Of a stretch of 64,000 nt of DNA, positions 40,567-53,994 are shown in pieces. Position 1 is the stretch's first letter; every line of letters begins with the position of its first letter. This DNA comes from Squalus acanthias (taxonomy: Eukaryota). The notes under the pieces were generated by a model that saw only the letters and a program-made list of their open reading frames with translations, did not search any database and was not told the origin of the DNA. A program made the translations under genes and the position numbers. The stretch spans positions 117,492,001-117,556,000 of the forward strand of contig CM059431.1 of assembly GCA_030390025.1 (NCBI GenBank), given 5' to 3'.

Positions 40567-42764
40567 AGACATGCTGTTAAAATGTAGCATGTTTCGGGGG
40601 GAAAAGGTAACTTTGGACCTGCGGCTCCCAAACCTCTCCACCACTGGGGTTTTCCTCGTATCCTTTCATGGTCTGTTGTAGATTAATGGAAAGAGATTGA
40701 TTGCCATGACTCGTCAACAACTCCACTATCATTGTATCATGTGACTACCCAGATGGTAGAAAGTGAACTAGATGGATCATGGTCTATGTTCATCTAGCAA
40801 TTCCTATGTTCCTATGAAAGCAGTGCAATGGCGTACCCACTGGCTGTTCCACTGTTCCCGATCATGATGAACAAGGTGTAAAGATTTAGAAATTGACATC
40901 TTTTGTTGCCTACTTTACCATCTTGCCTTACATAGTTGAATAGACCTAGTCTAAACCTAAAAACAACTGCTGCTGCATTAAGAGAGAACAAAGACTATTG
41001 GAACTTCCATACTAGTCAGATGTTAATCACAGCAGGAGGTCATCATCAGATAAGGAAGTGTGTGCTATAAGTGCATTAAATGTATGGATTAATGATCAAT
41101 AAAAAATATTGGTAACCATATTGGTGTCAAGTCCGAATCTATCTTACAGCGGCTGCTGGTTCTATATTTCATGGCTCAAGAAGGTTTGTACATTTAGAAT
41201 ACCTACCTGACCATTCACTCATTAACTTCTCAAGGACCAATACAGAAATTCCCAAACAGAACTGGGTTACAATGTCTTCTTCTGCTTGTCCTTTTCAATT
41301 TTTTTCTTACTTTCTTTTTCTGTCTCTTCTTCATGAATTTCTATGATTCTATGATTCTCTCTCTGAATCCAATCTTTCTTTTCCTCTCTTTATTCCTCTT
41401 TCTGTCTCTATATATTTTGTTTGACACTAATTCACTGTATTTCCTTCTCCGCCATACACTCTGTTTCTTTCTCTATCTTTTCTTACATTGGTCAAGGAGA
41501 TAAGCCATTGGGCACGATGTTCATGAGGACCCAGATGTGACATTAAAATTGCTGCGCTGTTATCGAATCGAAGTGCCAGAAATTTACGCCGTACATTTAG
41601 TGCCATGCCAACGGTGAGCGTAAAAGCCCAATTAACCTAGTTAACCGCCAAACCTGCCATTGCAGCAATTTCTGACCCTTCTACCATCTTGGTAGTCACA
41701 TGATACAATGATAATGGAGTTGTTGAGTAATCATAGCAACCAATCTCTCTCAATTAATCTACAACAGACCCTGAAAGGATACGAGGAAAACTCCAGTGAT
41801 GGCCCAATGATTTGTTGTCATGAAGTTCCCACCATCGATTTGTTTTTAAAGTTTGTTTGGGAGGCAGACTTAATTTGTATCACAGTATTTCTTAATGAAC
41901 AGCAGTATCATAGAACCAAAAATGTAACTGTGACAACTGGCCCGGCAGTGGGAATTTATGACATGCTATTTTACAAGAGAGGTTAAGTTCAATTTGGATT
42001 GCACTGATTCAGATTAATTGAGATGTGAGTGCTGCAATATTTGTTCTTGTCTTTACCTTGATCCAACCACAGTTGCCAAGTTCCTGAAATGACTTTCAAG
42101 GGCAAGTTAGTCTAAACCTTACGTTTAACCTCCCTGACTTACTCCTTACTCAGCAAAGAGTTTTGAGATATTAGCTGCTAAAATCTATATTTTATTCAAG
42201 GTTTTTTTTGCATAGAAGGTTTTGAATTTTCTATACTATTATAGAGGAGGTGGAATCACAGACTGAACCTTAAGGCACAAATATTGGTGCACAATTTTAT
42301 ATCTGAAAGTGAAATTTCATACTTTCTGCAGCGTCATCAAAACAGTCCTATAGTTGTAGACTTTTAAACAAAACGTCAGACTGTAGAAAGGAGTACACGG
42401 CCTGATTCAGATATAGGCATCGATACTTAAGGCATTAGGTAAATCCTTTGAATTTTGGAATGAGAAAGATATTAATAGATACCAGCCTCCCAGGATTACA
42501 ATAGCTTCTTTATTTTGCAACAAGAAGATTGTTAGTCTTAATCCCTGGTCATTATGAATGTCATGAATAATCAGTTTCTGTTGGAGCAAAGCTTCTGATG
42601 TCACAGGACACTAGGAGACTCCAATGAGTCTCTGGAAAAAAGACATGTTTGTGCTGTTAAAGCCTCAGTTATTTGGAACAATACAACACACAAGGTGACT
42701 GAACGGTAAACTTCTCCCAGCATATATGCACTAACCTCCCAAAATCTGACCTATTGTTTTCCTT

Positions 42765-43095
42765 CATACTTCAACCTCTCCTATTTCCCAATCTAGACCT
42801 CCCAAACCCACGACCTCTACCACCTAGAAGGACAAGGGCAGCAGGCGCATGGGAACACCACCACCTGCAAGGTCCCCTCCAAGTCACACACCATCCTGAC
42901 TTGGAAGTATATCGCCGATCCTTCATCGTTGCTGGGTCAAAATCCTGGAACTCCCTCCCTAACAGCACTGTGGGAGTACCTTCACCACACGGACTGCAGC
43001 GGTTCAAGAAGGCGGCTCACCAGCACCTTCTCGAGGGCAACTAGGGATGGGCAATAAATGCTGGCCTTGCCAGCGACGCCCACATCCCATGAGCG
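42765..43095 (+). mobile_element. LINE 3' end (CR1/L2 group)
   Basis: RSFIVAGSKSWNSLPNS...LQRFKKAAHQHLL, followed by a tail containing AATAAA. Confidence 0.75.
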
Positions 43096-45019
43096 AATTA
43101 AAAAAAGACAGAGGGGGTAAGAATTGAACATTGTTATACCTGTTGTATGCCTGTGACACAAGCGCAATGAAGCCCAATTCTGGGGACTAAAGTCCTGTGC
43201 CCCCAACGATGACTGAAAAACATCTGTCCTAAAATTGGGTCGGGCCATATTTCTGGCATCTTTGGTGGCCACCTAAAACAGGCGTTAGGGCCCTTAAATA
43301 TGTGAAAGGGAGGCCCAAAGCCTGTTTCAGGCCCTCTCTCTGAAATTGGTCAATGATGAGCAAGGCAGGCATCAGGCCTGCCCCACTCAGGATTCTTCAG
43401 CGGTTGCTGCAGCCTAAGGAGAGGCTGCCAATAAAAGTTAAGGCTTTATTTAACAATAATTTAAAAAGGTGTACCTGAGGAGCCAGGAGGAGCAGAAGTA
43501 CTCCTCCCAACTACACAGTGCTCCTGAGGGCTGCTACCAGCCTCAATCGGTCCCTCCAGTTCTCATTCTCCCACCTTCCCCCACCCCACCCGGTACTTAC
43601 CTGAGGGCTTCTGCATATGAGACAGGCAGCCTGAAATTCGAATCTCCACTCAGGTGAGGTGCCGACACCTTATCCAACATCAACTTTCCACAGCAGAAAA
43701 AAAGTGAAAACTGATATAGAAAGGTGATCCCAATGAGACAGTGAAAATGTAATGAAAGTTTTCAAAATTGTGAAAGGTTTTATTCGGGCAAATAATGAAA
43801 TATTGGCCCAGAATTTGCTGGAGCGGGCTATCTTGCGGGGTGCTCCATTTGGTAGATTTTTTTCCTCATCCTTCAACTTGAAAACATTTTTGTGCCGCAA
43901 ATTGCTGGAAGTGTGAGCTGATAATGGTGTGGCGAGGGTAACAATGCCTCTGGGACCTTGGTGAATGACAGGACCAAAGGTCTAGCTACTTAACCAATTA
44001 AGGATAGAGAAAGAAACAGAACAATGACGGAGAAGGAAATATGGTGAATTAAAGTCAAATAGGTACAGAAAGAAAAATAAAGGCCCCGATCTTTCCTGGG
44101 ACAGGATTTACAAGGGGGGGGGAGGAGTTCTGGAATACTGTGGAGAACTCCACAGCAGTGTGCTTTCTTTTCAACAGGATCCCAGCCTGTAAGCCAGTCT
44201 GATTGACAAGCTTGGCTCCCTGTTGGGCGGGGAACGCTGCAGCCGAGGCCGCAGCCCCAGAAGCATGTAGGTGCCCTGCTGCTGGGGTAGAGATTGGGGA
44301 GGGGGTGGGGTGGGGGGGCTGCGGGGGCAGGCGGAGTGGTTTAGAGGGATGGGGGTGATCACGGGAGGGGTCAGAGACACATTGGGGGTAGAGATGGGGG
44401 TCAGGGGCATCGATGATTGTGGGGAGGGGGATGGTGATCGCGGGATGGTCCGATCGCAGTGGGGGTCCGATCGCGGAGAGGGAAGCAGGTTAACTTTGGG
44501 GGCTGAGAGGAAACACTCAAGAAGCTCGACCCTGTTGTTAAGTGGGAAAACACAGCAAGGTTCCACAAACAGCATTGAGATAGATGATCAAATATTATGT
44601 TTTTGTGGTTTTGGATGACGGAGAAATGTTGGTCAGGACACCAGTAGAACTTCCCTGCTCTTCTTCAAATAGTGTCAAGGGAACTTATATTATCTACTGA
44701 AAACAAGCAGTTTAATGAAGAATGATGTCCATCTAATAGCTGCTCCATGAAGAGCAGACCATAACATTTGTTTATGCTCCATAAATCAACATTATGCTTT
44801 TAAGTGTTGTTGTTAAAGGACTCTGCTCACCAAAAATGAATTAAAGTGTCTTCATTTAGAAAGTAGTTTTGTACCGAAGATTAAAATCCAGATATTAAAG
44901 TTTCTTCGGTCTGCTAGCTGTAAGTGTCCTAAGTGAAATGAGTTTAGAAAATCCTACTCCAGTTCCTAGTGAACATTATCCAATGGGACAAAACTCTCCC
45001 CAATTTTACATCGGATTAA

Positions 45020-48000
45020 ATAGGATTACATAGGATTTACGGCACAGAAACAGGCCATTCGGCCCAACCAGTCCATGCCGGCGTTTATGCTCCACTTGAG
45101 CCTCCTCCCATCTTTCCTCATCTAACTCTATCAACATAACCCTCTATTCCCTTCTCCCTCATATGTTTGTCCAGCCTCCCCTTAAATGCATCTATACTAT
45201 TCACTTCAACCACTCCCTGTGGTAGCGAGTTCCACATTTTCACCACTATTTGGGTAAAGAAGTTTCTTCTGAATTCCCTATTGGATTTCTTGGTGACTAT
45301 CTTATATTGATGGCCTCTAGTTATGCTCTTCCCCACAAGTGGTGAAGGGATCATTTCTAGTCCTAGCCCCTTTAGGGCTGCCCCGGATCAGGCGTATTTC
45401 TCAGACATTCACTTTCAACTAAAGTTTGAGGTAGCCGAATCTTAAAGACGCTTAATTAGGTCTAAAGGTCCGGACTATCTCTCCCTAAAGGAAAGGAACA
45501 ATCTGAAAATGTTACCATCCTCCAGATAGCACTTTTAATAAGTTTAGCTAGACTGTAACGTTCCGGATATTATGAGGGTCTGGAAAACACCCCCAGAATT
45601 CTGCAACTCCTCACTAAAGAGTGTACAGAGATTGAGTTTGCGAGTTTTTGATACAGAAGTCTTATGTGAGACAATTCTAAAAATATATAGATTTATTAAA
45701 GAACCGACATGCAGTTTACAGTTGTGAGTCAATCGCAACATTAACAGTTCCAAAAAGAGAAAACTTATAATCCTATTATCAGAGAACCTTACTCTCAAAT
45801 CTTAACTTCGCTACAGTTTTACAGTTCTTAAAGTTCTATTCAGGATATCCACCAAAATCAAATACCTTTGATCCCCGAGGTACAAAGAGTTGGAGACTTA
45901 CAGAGCCGCCTCTGAAGCCAAGAATCGTGTTGCCCGATTAAAGCGAGTCTGTTATCCCATTTGAGAGTTCAATATTTATACCCTTTTCCAGTGGTATTTC
46001 CTATAAGGTTTTCTGCTGATGTAAGCTAATTATCTCTAGTCATTTTTCTGCTGACCTCTGCCAGACTCATGTCTCATCTCGAGGTGTTCTAAGTTTACCA
46101 TATAAAAAACGGTGTGACAGCAGGTGTTTCTTACTTTATGTCATCTTTATGAGGGCAGATGTTCCTTACTTTATGTGCTTCTTTGCGAAGTGTAAATTAG
46201 AACACCTTATCCAGGGTGAACCATTTTTTTGTTCCAAAAAGTTCAGCCGGTCGGAGCCCTTAACCTTCTGTTTCAATAAGGTTATTTATTCAGGGTCAAC
46301 ATCTATCTTATCTCAACAGCCAGAATGCTTTCATAGCTATTTCATAGTTAGGTTTCTAAATTTCCAAACCCAGTTTGTCATGTTTTAATAAGGCCAGAAT
46401 TCTTTCATAAGATTGTGTATTTTTCTGAATAGGTTATATGGCTTATTCCTTCACAATGGAAACAGTCTCTCTGTATTCACTCTATCAAAACCTTTCATAA
46501 TTTTAAAGACCTCTATTAGGTCACCCCGCAGCCTTCTTTTTTCAAGAGAAAAGAGGCCCAGCCTGTTCATCCTTTCCTGATATGTATATCCTCGCATTTC
46601 TGCTATCATCCTTGTAAATCTTCTCTGCACCCTCTCCAGTGCCTCTATATCCTTTTTATAATATGGCGACCAAAACTGTACGCAGTACTCCAAGTATGGT
46701 CTAACCAAGGTTCAATACAGGTTTAGCATAACTTCCCTACTTTTCAATCTATCCCTCTAGAAATAAACCCGAGTGCTTGGTTTGCCTTTTTTATGGCCTT
46801 GCTAACCTGCGTCGCAACTTTTACTGATTTGTGTATTTGTACTCCTAGATCTCTTTGTTCCTCTACCCCACCTAGACTCGCACCCTCCAAGTGATAAGTG
46901 ACCTCCCTATTCTTCCAACCAAAATGTAATACCTCACATTTATCTGTGTTGAACTTCATTTGCCAATTATATGCCCATTCAGCAAGTTTATTAATGTCCT
47001 CCTGTAATTTGTTGCAGTCCTCCTCAGTATTGACTATCCCCCACAATTTGGTGTCGCCCGCAAAGTTAGAAATTGTGTTTTTGATTCCTAAGTCTAAATT
47101 GTTAATGTAAATTGTGAACAGCAGTGGTCCCAGCACTGATCCTTGTGGAACACCACTACCCATCTTCTGCCACTGTGAATAGCTACCCTTTACTCTGAGT
47201 CTCTGCTTTCTGTCCTGAAGCCAGCCAGCAATCCATTCTGCTACTTGTCCCCTGACTCCATTCTCTGACCTTGTTCATCAGTCCATTGTGGGATACCTTA
47301 TTGAAGGCCTTTTGAAATTCCAGATAAATTACATCTACTGCATTACCATTGTCTACTCTCTCTGTTACCTCTTCAAAAAAATCAATAATGTTGGTCAAGC
47401 AAGACTTTCCCTTTTGAAATCCATGTTGACTATTCATTATTATATTTTTGGTTTCTAGATGTTCTTCTATTTTCTCCTTCAGTAGGGATTCCATTATTTT
47501 TCCTACCACCGATGTTAAGCTGACTGGTCTATAATTCCCTGGACACGTTCTATCCCCCTTCTTAAATATCGGTATTATGTTAGCTATCCACCAGTCCTCT
47601 GGCATTGTACCTTTTTCTAATGAATTATTAAATATATGTAGTAATGCCTCTGCTATCTCTTCCCTAGATTCTTTCAAAATGTATGGATGCAATCCATCCG
47701 GATCAGGGGTTTTATCCTCTTTGAGTTTGATTAACTTATTTAATATATCCCCTTTTTTATTTTAAATGCACTTATCTCATTACTAATCTCATCATCCAAT
47801 GTCATGTCCATCTGTTCTATCTCCCTGGTAAATACTGAAGCAAAATAATGATTTAATATTTCTGCCATCTCTCTATCATTACCTGTGATATTGTCCTGAC
47901 TATTCCTTAATGGCCCTATTCCCATCCCAACCTTCCTTTTTTATTGATGTGCCTATAAAATATTTTACTGTTTTGTTTTATGTTCCTTGATAATTTAATT

Positions 48001-48220
48001 TCATAGTTCCTCTTTGCCTCCCTAATTGTTTTTTGATTTCTCTCCTAATCTTTTTGTATTCTCTCTTATCATGCACTCCCCTGCTGTCTGTGTACTTAAT
48101 GTATGCCTCTTTCCTTACCCTCAACTGTTCCCTTAAGACTTTATTCATCCATAGAGTCTCATTAGTGTTTAGTTTGTTCTTTTCTTTTAGCGGAATATAT
48201 TTTTCCTGCACTCTGTTGAC
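45020..48220 (-). mobile_element. CR1 LINE (ORF2 remnants and 3' tail) split by a 1.1-kb insertion
   Basis: PEDWWIANIIPIFKKG..PGNYRPVSLTSVVGK, SQHGFQKGKSCLTN, SGVPQGSVLGPLLFTIYINNL, VRPYLEYCVQFWSP. The sequence CACAAGTGG|AAACAGTCTCTC is continuous across 45343-46455. Confidence 0.9.
45343..46455 (-). mobile_element. Probable solo LTR (1113 bp) of a different family
   Basis: TG...CA ends with a short inverted repeat (TGAAGGGA / TCCTTCACA); flanks GTGG/ATGG (4-bp TSD, one mismatch); minus-strand TATAAA near 45975-45980 and AATAAA near 45692-45697. Confidence 0.65.
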
Positions 48221-48254
48221 AATAATTTGGCAATAATTGCTTCTAAATGACTTT

Positions 48255-48612
48255 GACTCTCTCTATCTCTGTAACCTCCTCCAGCCCTACATCTCTCTGA
48301 GATATCTGTGCTCCTCCAATTCTGGCCTCTTGAGCATCCCTGATATTCTTCGCTCCACCATTGGTGGCCGCGCCTACGGCTGCCTAGGCCGGAAGCTCTG
48401 GAATTCCCTCTCTAAACCTCTCTGTCTCTCTACCTCTCTCTCTTCCTTTAAAACTCTTCTTAAAACCTACATTTCTGACCAAGCTTTTCGTCACCTGTCC
48501 TAATATCTCCTTATGTGGCTCGGTGTCAAATTTTGTTTGATAATTCTGTGAAGCCCCTTGGGACGTTTTACTATGTTAAAGGCGCTATATCAATGCAAGT
48601 GGCTGTTGTTGT
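48255..48612 (+). mobile_element. L2 LINE 3' end
   Basis: Same sequence family as 7480-7836. Confidence 0.85.
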
Positions 48613-51500
48613 AAATTGGCCATCTCACTTGGAGGGGTCATAAGATGGTTGGTGTGAGAAATGGAAAAATGCCAGACTGGTCCAGTAGGGGCTGTTTTGT
48701 TAGGTTGAGGCTGAGGCAGAATGCATTGTAAAGACTAAAGAGAGACTCTGCATCTGGCTGTGCTATTCCTCACCAGTGAGGCTAAAATGTTAAATGCTCC
48801 ATTTTTCAGTACTAACATTATTCACCTCGATGATAAAAAAAATCACAAAAAGTCCTGAACCAGGAATTCTGTTTATAAATGATGCCCCTCATTTTACCCC
48901 TCATTTGTTCCAGTCATAGAGCTGGCAGTGCAGATGTAAAGCAAAGGTCAGCACCACTTGGAAACACATCAAACACTTTTGCATTACAGTCTCGCTCCAG
49001 AATTATAAATATTTCTTTATAAGTAATGTTTTAAATGTGATTTTTCAGTGAGTGATGTCATTTTTCTCCTTTCTTTCCCTACCACTCAGCAGGATTGTTT
49101 ATAAATTTTTGTTTTGATTTCCACGCCAACCCTCCTTGCAGCCTCTTCTAAATGCGAAATTGGGACCAGTTGTAATCTGAGGGCCCACACTCACGAGAAA
49201 CTCAGACAAGAATGCTCAAAATCATTTTATGAAAGGCACTTACAGCTAGTGGAAATACGAGATGAGCGCATGAGTAGGACGTTGGGAGGCTCCAGCAATG
49301 CAAGACCTCTACTCAAACCTGCAGGCCACAATCCAAATCACCCTGATTTTAACCGGTGAGAACAGGATGGGTTTGTGTTCGGGTCGGACGCCCATTTTAC
49401 AATGGAGTATAACATCAGACAGGGTGTAAAACCTGCACCGACCACAACCTGCCCCATTCCCAACGGGCAAGTTAGATTAAAACAGGGCTGGAGCCATTCG
49501 AAAATTAATTTATTTCAATTTCCTGAATTACACAGAGATGGAAACTGTACAAAACTTACTGCCAAAAATTTGATGGTGTTTTTCCACCATTACAGCAATT
49601 TCTGTACAGATTCCATCTCTGTAGAGGGGGTGGGGAAGAAATTGGCTAAACTAAACCAGGCATGGGGATCGTGGTACGCGATTCACCCACGCCCGTTCAC
49701 TCAGTTGCTGGCAGCACGGTACATTCGTGCTGCCTGATGTTTTGCATGATTGCTGCACACAGCCGGTGCTACCCGTGCAGTTCACTGGCTGCACACATCA
49801 GCAGAGAGCCCGATATCGCGAGTGCCAATGCTATTTGAAGGCAGCCTGCACTTTTTAAAGGGGACGTGCATTGTGGCTGGAAGAAGTGGTGGTTGTTTTT
49901 TGAAAACTGATTCTTTACTCTGATACTTTGAGCAATGGCTGAACATGCAAGAGAGCGAGCACCAAGGTTTTCAGACAATGCGCTGGAGGCCTTGGTGGAA
50001 GCGGTGGAAATGAGGAGAGACGCTTTGTATCCACAGGAGAGCAGGAGGCCCTCCAGACATATGCTCAAAAAGCAGTGGGAAGAAATAGCGATGGAGGTCA
50101 ATGACAGGAGTGTTGCCCCAAGACCATGGAAACAGTGCAGGAAGAAGCTTAACAATCTCACACGAGTTGTCAAGGTCAGTGAGTTCATCTTCAAATGGCA
50201 TATCCTACCAACTGCACCACTAGCCTCATCCACTGCTCAATTCACTACATCCCCATCACTCACCTACCAACAATCTCTATCAATCAGGACTCAACTTGAC
50301 AATTCATATGGTTTACCTCACCCTCACACACTTAGCACTGTTGTAAGCCTCACACCCACAACTCACAGCTGGCACACACTGGCAGCTATTCAACCATGAC
50401 AGCCACATCACCCAAACATATTGCAGGACACTCACTGACATACTTGACTCTTTCTTGCAGGAGAAGGTGGTGCGTAACAGCAGACAGCATGAACGAATTG
50501 GAGGAGGACAAGCGTGCCTGCATGTTTTAACCCCCATGGAGTTGACAGTGCTGACCATCATGGGAAGGAGTATCACTGAGGCCGTGGCCACTGGCTGGGC
50601 GGATACGATTGATGCTGGGATTTATCAGCATACCTAATCCTCCTTCTCTCATCCTGCTTCTCCCTCATCCCTTAATCTGTTCTGACTGAAAAGCTGGAGA
50701 TGGTTTAAGCATACACCTCTTACTTTCTCATCTTCCACAACCCAACCTTTGTCCCTTTTTCATTTCAGATACCCAAGAACTGGCACCTGCCCAGTCAGAG
50801 GAGGAAGAGGAAGAAGAAAGTGAAGATGAATCGATTTACATTCGCAGCCACCAGCTCAGCTAGTGACACTGCACGTATTTTAAGGGCTAGAATAGAGGAG
50901 GAATCAGCACTTGTTGAGATATCAAGCATAAGTGCGCAGGAGCCAGGCAGGGGGAAAGGATAATGTAGGCGCCAACTCGTTGGAGGGCGAGGCTGCACAC
51001 TAGTTCTGCTGCAGAGGACCAAGATGAGGACTTCGATAGGCCAGGCTACAGAAGAAGGCTGATGGGTGTACATAACCAAAAGCTTGGGGCACTGGAAAGC
51101 CTGCCAGAATCCCAGTGCTCAATGTCAAGGAGCATGGAGGAGTTCAGCACTAACTTGGCACAGGGTTTTTAGCAGAGTTTGGAGCCCATCCTTTCCAACA
51201 CCCAATGGGTGGTCACCTCCATCAGCACACCTGTGGAACCCAGCATGATGCAGCGTCTGATGGCCAATGTCACAACTTCCATTGCAGCACAAACAGCTTC
51301 CATCAAAGGTCTGAGTGCTACAGTTGCAAGCTCAGACTGCTGCCATCATGGCTCTGGATGCCACTGTTCAAAGGGGTTTCCAGGGCGTCACAGCAGTCCA
51401 TCAATCTGTTCTCCAACAGATTACTAGGATTGCTGAGGCGCCGCCCCGGGAGAGTTGCAGTGGCTCCATGGAGAACAAACCTACTGTCCTCTCTCAAGAT

Positions 51501-51822
51501 CATGATGTGGAGACTTGACATCATGGCCGGTCTTCCCAGGTGTTTTTTTTTTAAAAAAGACTAACACAAGAACACAAATTGACAGGATATGCAGCCAGCA
51601 GGTGGTTTGACACGTTGGACCCCCTGGGACACATCTCATTGTCTTGGCTGTGCTCTTTGTTGTAGGGAATAATGTGAATAGATTTTGTCTGGGTTTAAAT
51701 TGTGAATTCTGGGAGATTCTCTCATTGCTAACTTACCTGACGAAGGAGCGAACTGCTTCGAAAGCTTGTAAAATTAAATAAATCTGTTGGACTATAACCT
51801 GGTGTTGTGCGACTTCTCATTT
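51501..51822 (+). mobile_element. Minimal Penelope insertion (13-nt inverted tail plus 3' UTR/pseudo-LTR)
   Basis: Homologous to 18825-19140; 12-bp TSD CTCTCTCAAGAT at 51489-51500 and 51823-51834. Confidence 0.92.
51733..51771 (+). ncRNA. Minimal type I hammerhead ribozyme motif
   Basis: TTAC-CTGACGA-AGGAGC-GAACT-GCTTC-GAAA-GCTT-GTAA. Confidence 0.8.
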
Positions 51823-52279
51823 CTCTCTCAAGATGACAGCATTCCTGCTCCCACCCTTGCCACTCTGCCAGTGCCCTTGCTGTTGCCTATCAGCCAGCCA
51901 ACCCAGACTGCTGCAGCCGAGGCCAAGGTGGTACAGTCTGCTGCCAGGCCTTCTAGGCCCAGAGCTGCTCAAGATTGCCCTCCAAGGCCATATGCACCCT
52001 CCTCAATTGGAGGTCAGCAGCCTTCCACCATCCATGCGGCAGCCATTGGGGAAGCACCTTGTAGTGAGCACTAGGAGAGGCAAAGGCACACGCAAGACAG
52101 ACACTAAGGTAATGAACAAGGCTGATTAATTGATTTTTGTATGCATTATGTCATGACTGAATTTATAAATTTGGATTGGGATGTGAATTTTCTGGTGGTT
52201 TTTATTTTTGTGTTATCGGAAGAGGACAATGTGATGGTCAGTGATAAAGGAAGTGTCAGACGTGTGGGACTATTGGTGA

Positions 52280-53510
52280 ATGGGGAGAATTGGTTGAGGT
52301 TACTCGTATTGCTCATTAATTATTTCATCATATAGAGCTTGGGCAGAAAGGAGCTGTCTATGATGTATCATCCCTTCCTCTTCCTGTTCCTCCACTTCCT
52401 GTTGCACTTCCTCATCCTACTCTTCCCCCTTCTCCTCCTCCTCCTCCTCTTCCTCATGCTTTTACTCCTCAGCTTCTCGCCTGATTGGTGGTGGCAAGGG
52501 CTGTTCTCTCATAATGGCCAGGATGTGCAACATACAGTATACTACCACAAATTTTGATACCCGCTCACCTGAGTACTGCAGGCCTCCTCCAGGGGGTCCA
52601 GGCAGCAGAAGCATTGCTTGAGGACACCAATGGTGTGCTCTATAATGTTCCTTGTGACAGTATAGCTCTCATTGTAGGCCTGTTGTGCACGTGCACATGG
52701 GTTCTGGACCGGAGTCATGAGCCATGTCATCAGTGGATAACCCTTGTCACCCAGTAGCCAGCCTTTGGCTTGCAGTAGAGGGTCAAATACAGGTGGCACA
52801 GAGGACTGCCGCAGAATGAAGGAATCATGACTACTGCCAGGATACCGGGCATTGACCTGCATAATGCACTGCAGGTGGTCGCACACCAGCTCTACACTGA
52901 GGGAGTGGAATCTCTTTTGGTTCATCAAAATGGCAGAGTTCACATGAGGTGCACGCAAGACAATGTGTGCGCAGTCAATGGCACCCTGCACCATGGGGAA
53001 GCCTGCAATCCATGCAAACACTTGTGCTCGCTCCGCTGGCTTGTCTCCGACAAGAGGGGATGGTGTGAAGCTGTCTCTTTGTGTATAGAGAGCCTCAGTG
53101 ATCTCCCTTATGCAGCAATGCACTGCAAACTGTGAGATGTTACTTATATCTCCAGCAGAAGCCTGGAAGGAGCCAGATGCATAAAAGTTAAGAGCCACGG
53201 TCACCTTGAAAGCCACAGGCAATGTGGTCCTTGCCCTGCCTTGAGGTTGCAGTTGTGGCTGCAGCAGTTGGCAGATTTCAGTCATGACCTCTTTAGTGAA
53301 GTGAAGACTTTTCAAGCATTGGTCCTCGCTGAAGTTGAGGTAAGATAATTGCTCCCTTAAGACTCTCACCGGATATGGCCTGCTGCTGAGAGCCCTTCTC
53401 CCCCGCCTCCCCCTTCTCCTCCTTCAAGCAACTTGTCCTGCTCTGTGTGGCCTCTCTTCATTCTCCCAGTTCTGTTCAATTCCAAGTGGAAGCCCTACCA
53501 GGCCACCCAT
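52280..53510 (-). pseudogene. Harbinger (HARBI1-type) DDE transposase, disrupted
   Basis: ATG at 53510; GFPMVQGAIDCAHI, ARYPGSSHDSFIL, GWLLGDKGYPL, YN....TRNIIEHTIGVLK..F..LD. There is an early stop, a frameshift near 52590 and an acidic tail. Confidence 0.9.
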
Positions 53511-53994
53511 GTCTGGAAGCAACTCGTCTCAGCACAAGATTCTAAATCAACAAAAAAGTACTTCAGCACCAGCCAGATCACTCCCTGTAGATTATTAAAA
53601 CTTTAGGCAACTAAAAGAACACTCCTAAAACAATTACAATTGCACCAGCAGCCAAAATAAATAATCCAACAACTAACCTGTAAGTAGTTCATGATCCCCT
53701 TAAATAGCGCTGGTGGGGGGGTTCCGTTCTCCCGTTTAACGCCGTGCTCAGCTGTGCGAGATTATGACAGGACAGAGGCTGGAGCGTGACATTCCAAAAT
53801 GGCAGCGATAGTATCAAATCGGCATTTCACACTGATTGATGTCATGATCTGTCTGCGGTGCATGCTGCCACCGATCGTTAAATGCCCGCGCACAAACCGT
53901 TTTACCAAGATGGTGTCCAGCGCACTTTCCATATCTCAGACGCCATTTTTGAGCATTAGGTGTCCTCAAAAATGCCTAAAATATGGGCGCTACA

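Larger units (their letters stand above)
49935..52128 (+). pseudogene. Harbinger Myb/SANT-like DNA-binding protein; exon 1 49935-50174, exon 2 from 50461, exon 3 from about 50770
   Basis: RAPRFSDNALEALVEAVE.RRDALYP...KKQWEEIA.EVN...RPWKQCRKKLNNL. A phase-0 GT..AG intron joins to EKVVRNSRQHERIGGG; the later exon is frameshifted and carries a PLE insertion. Confidence 0.8.
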
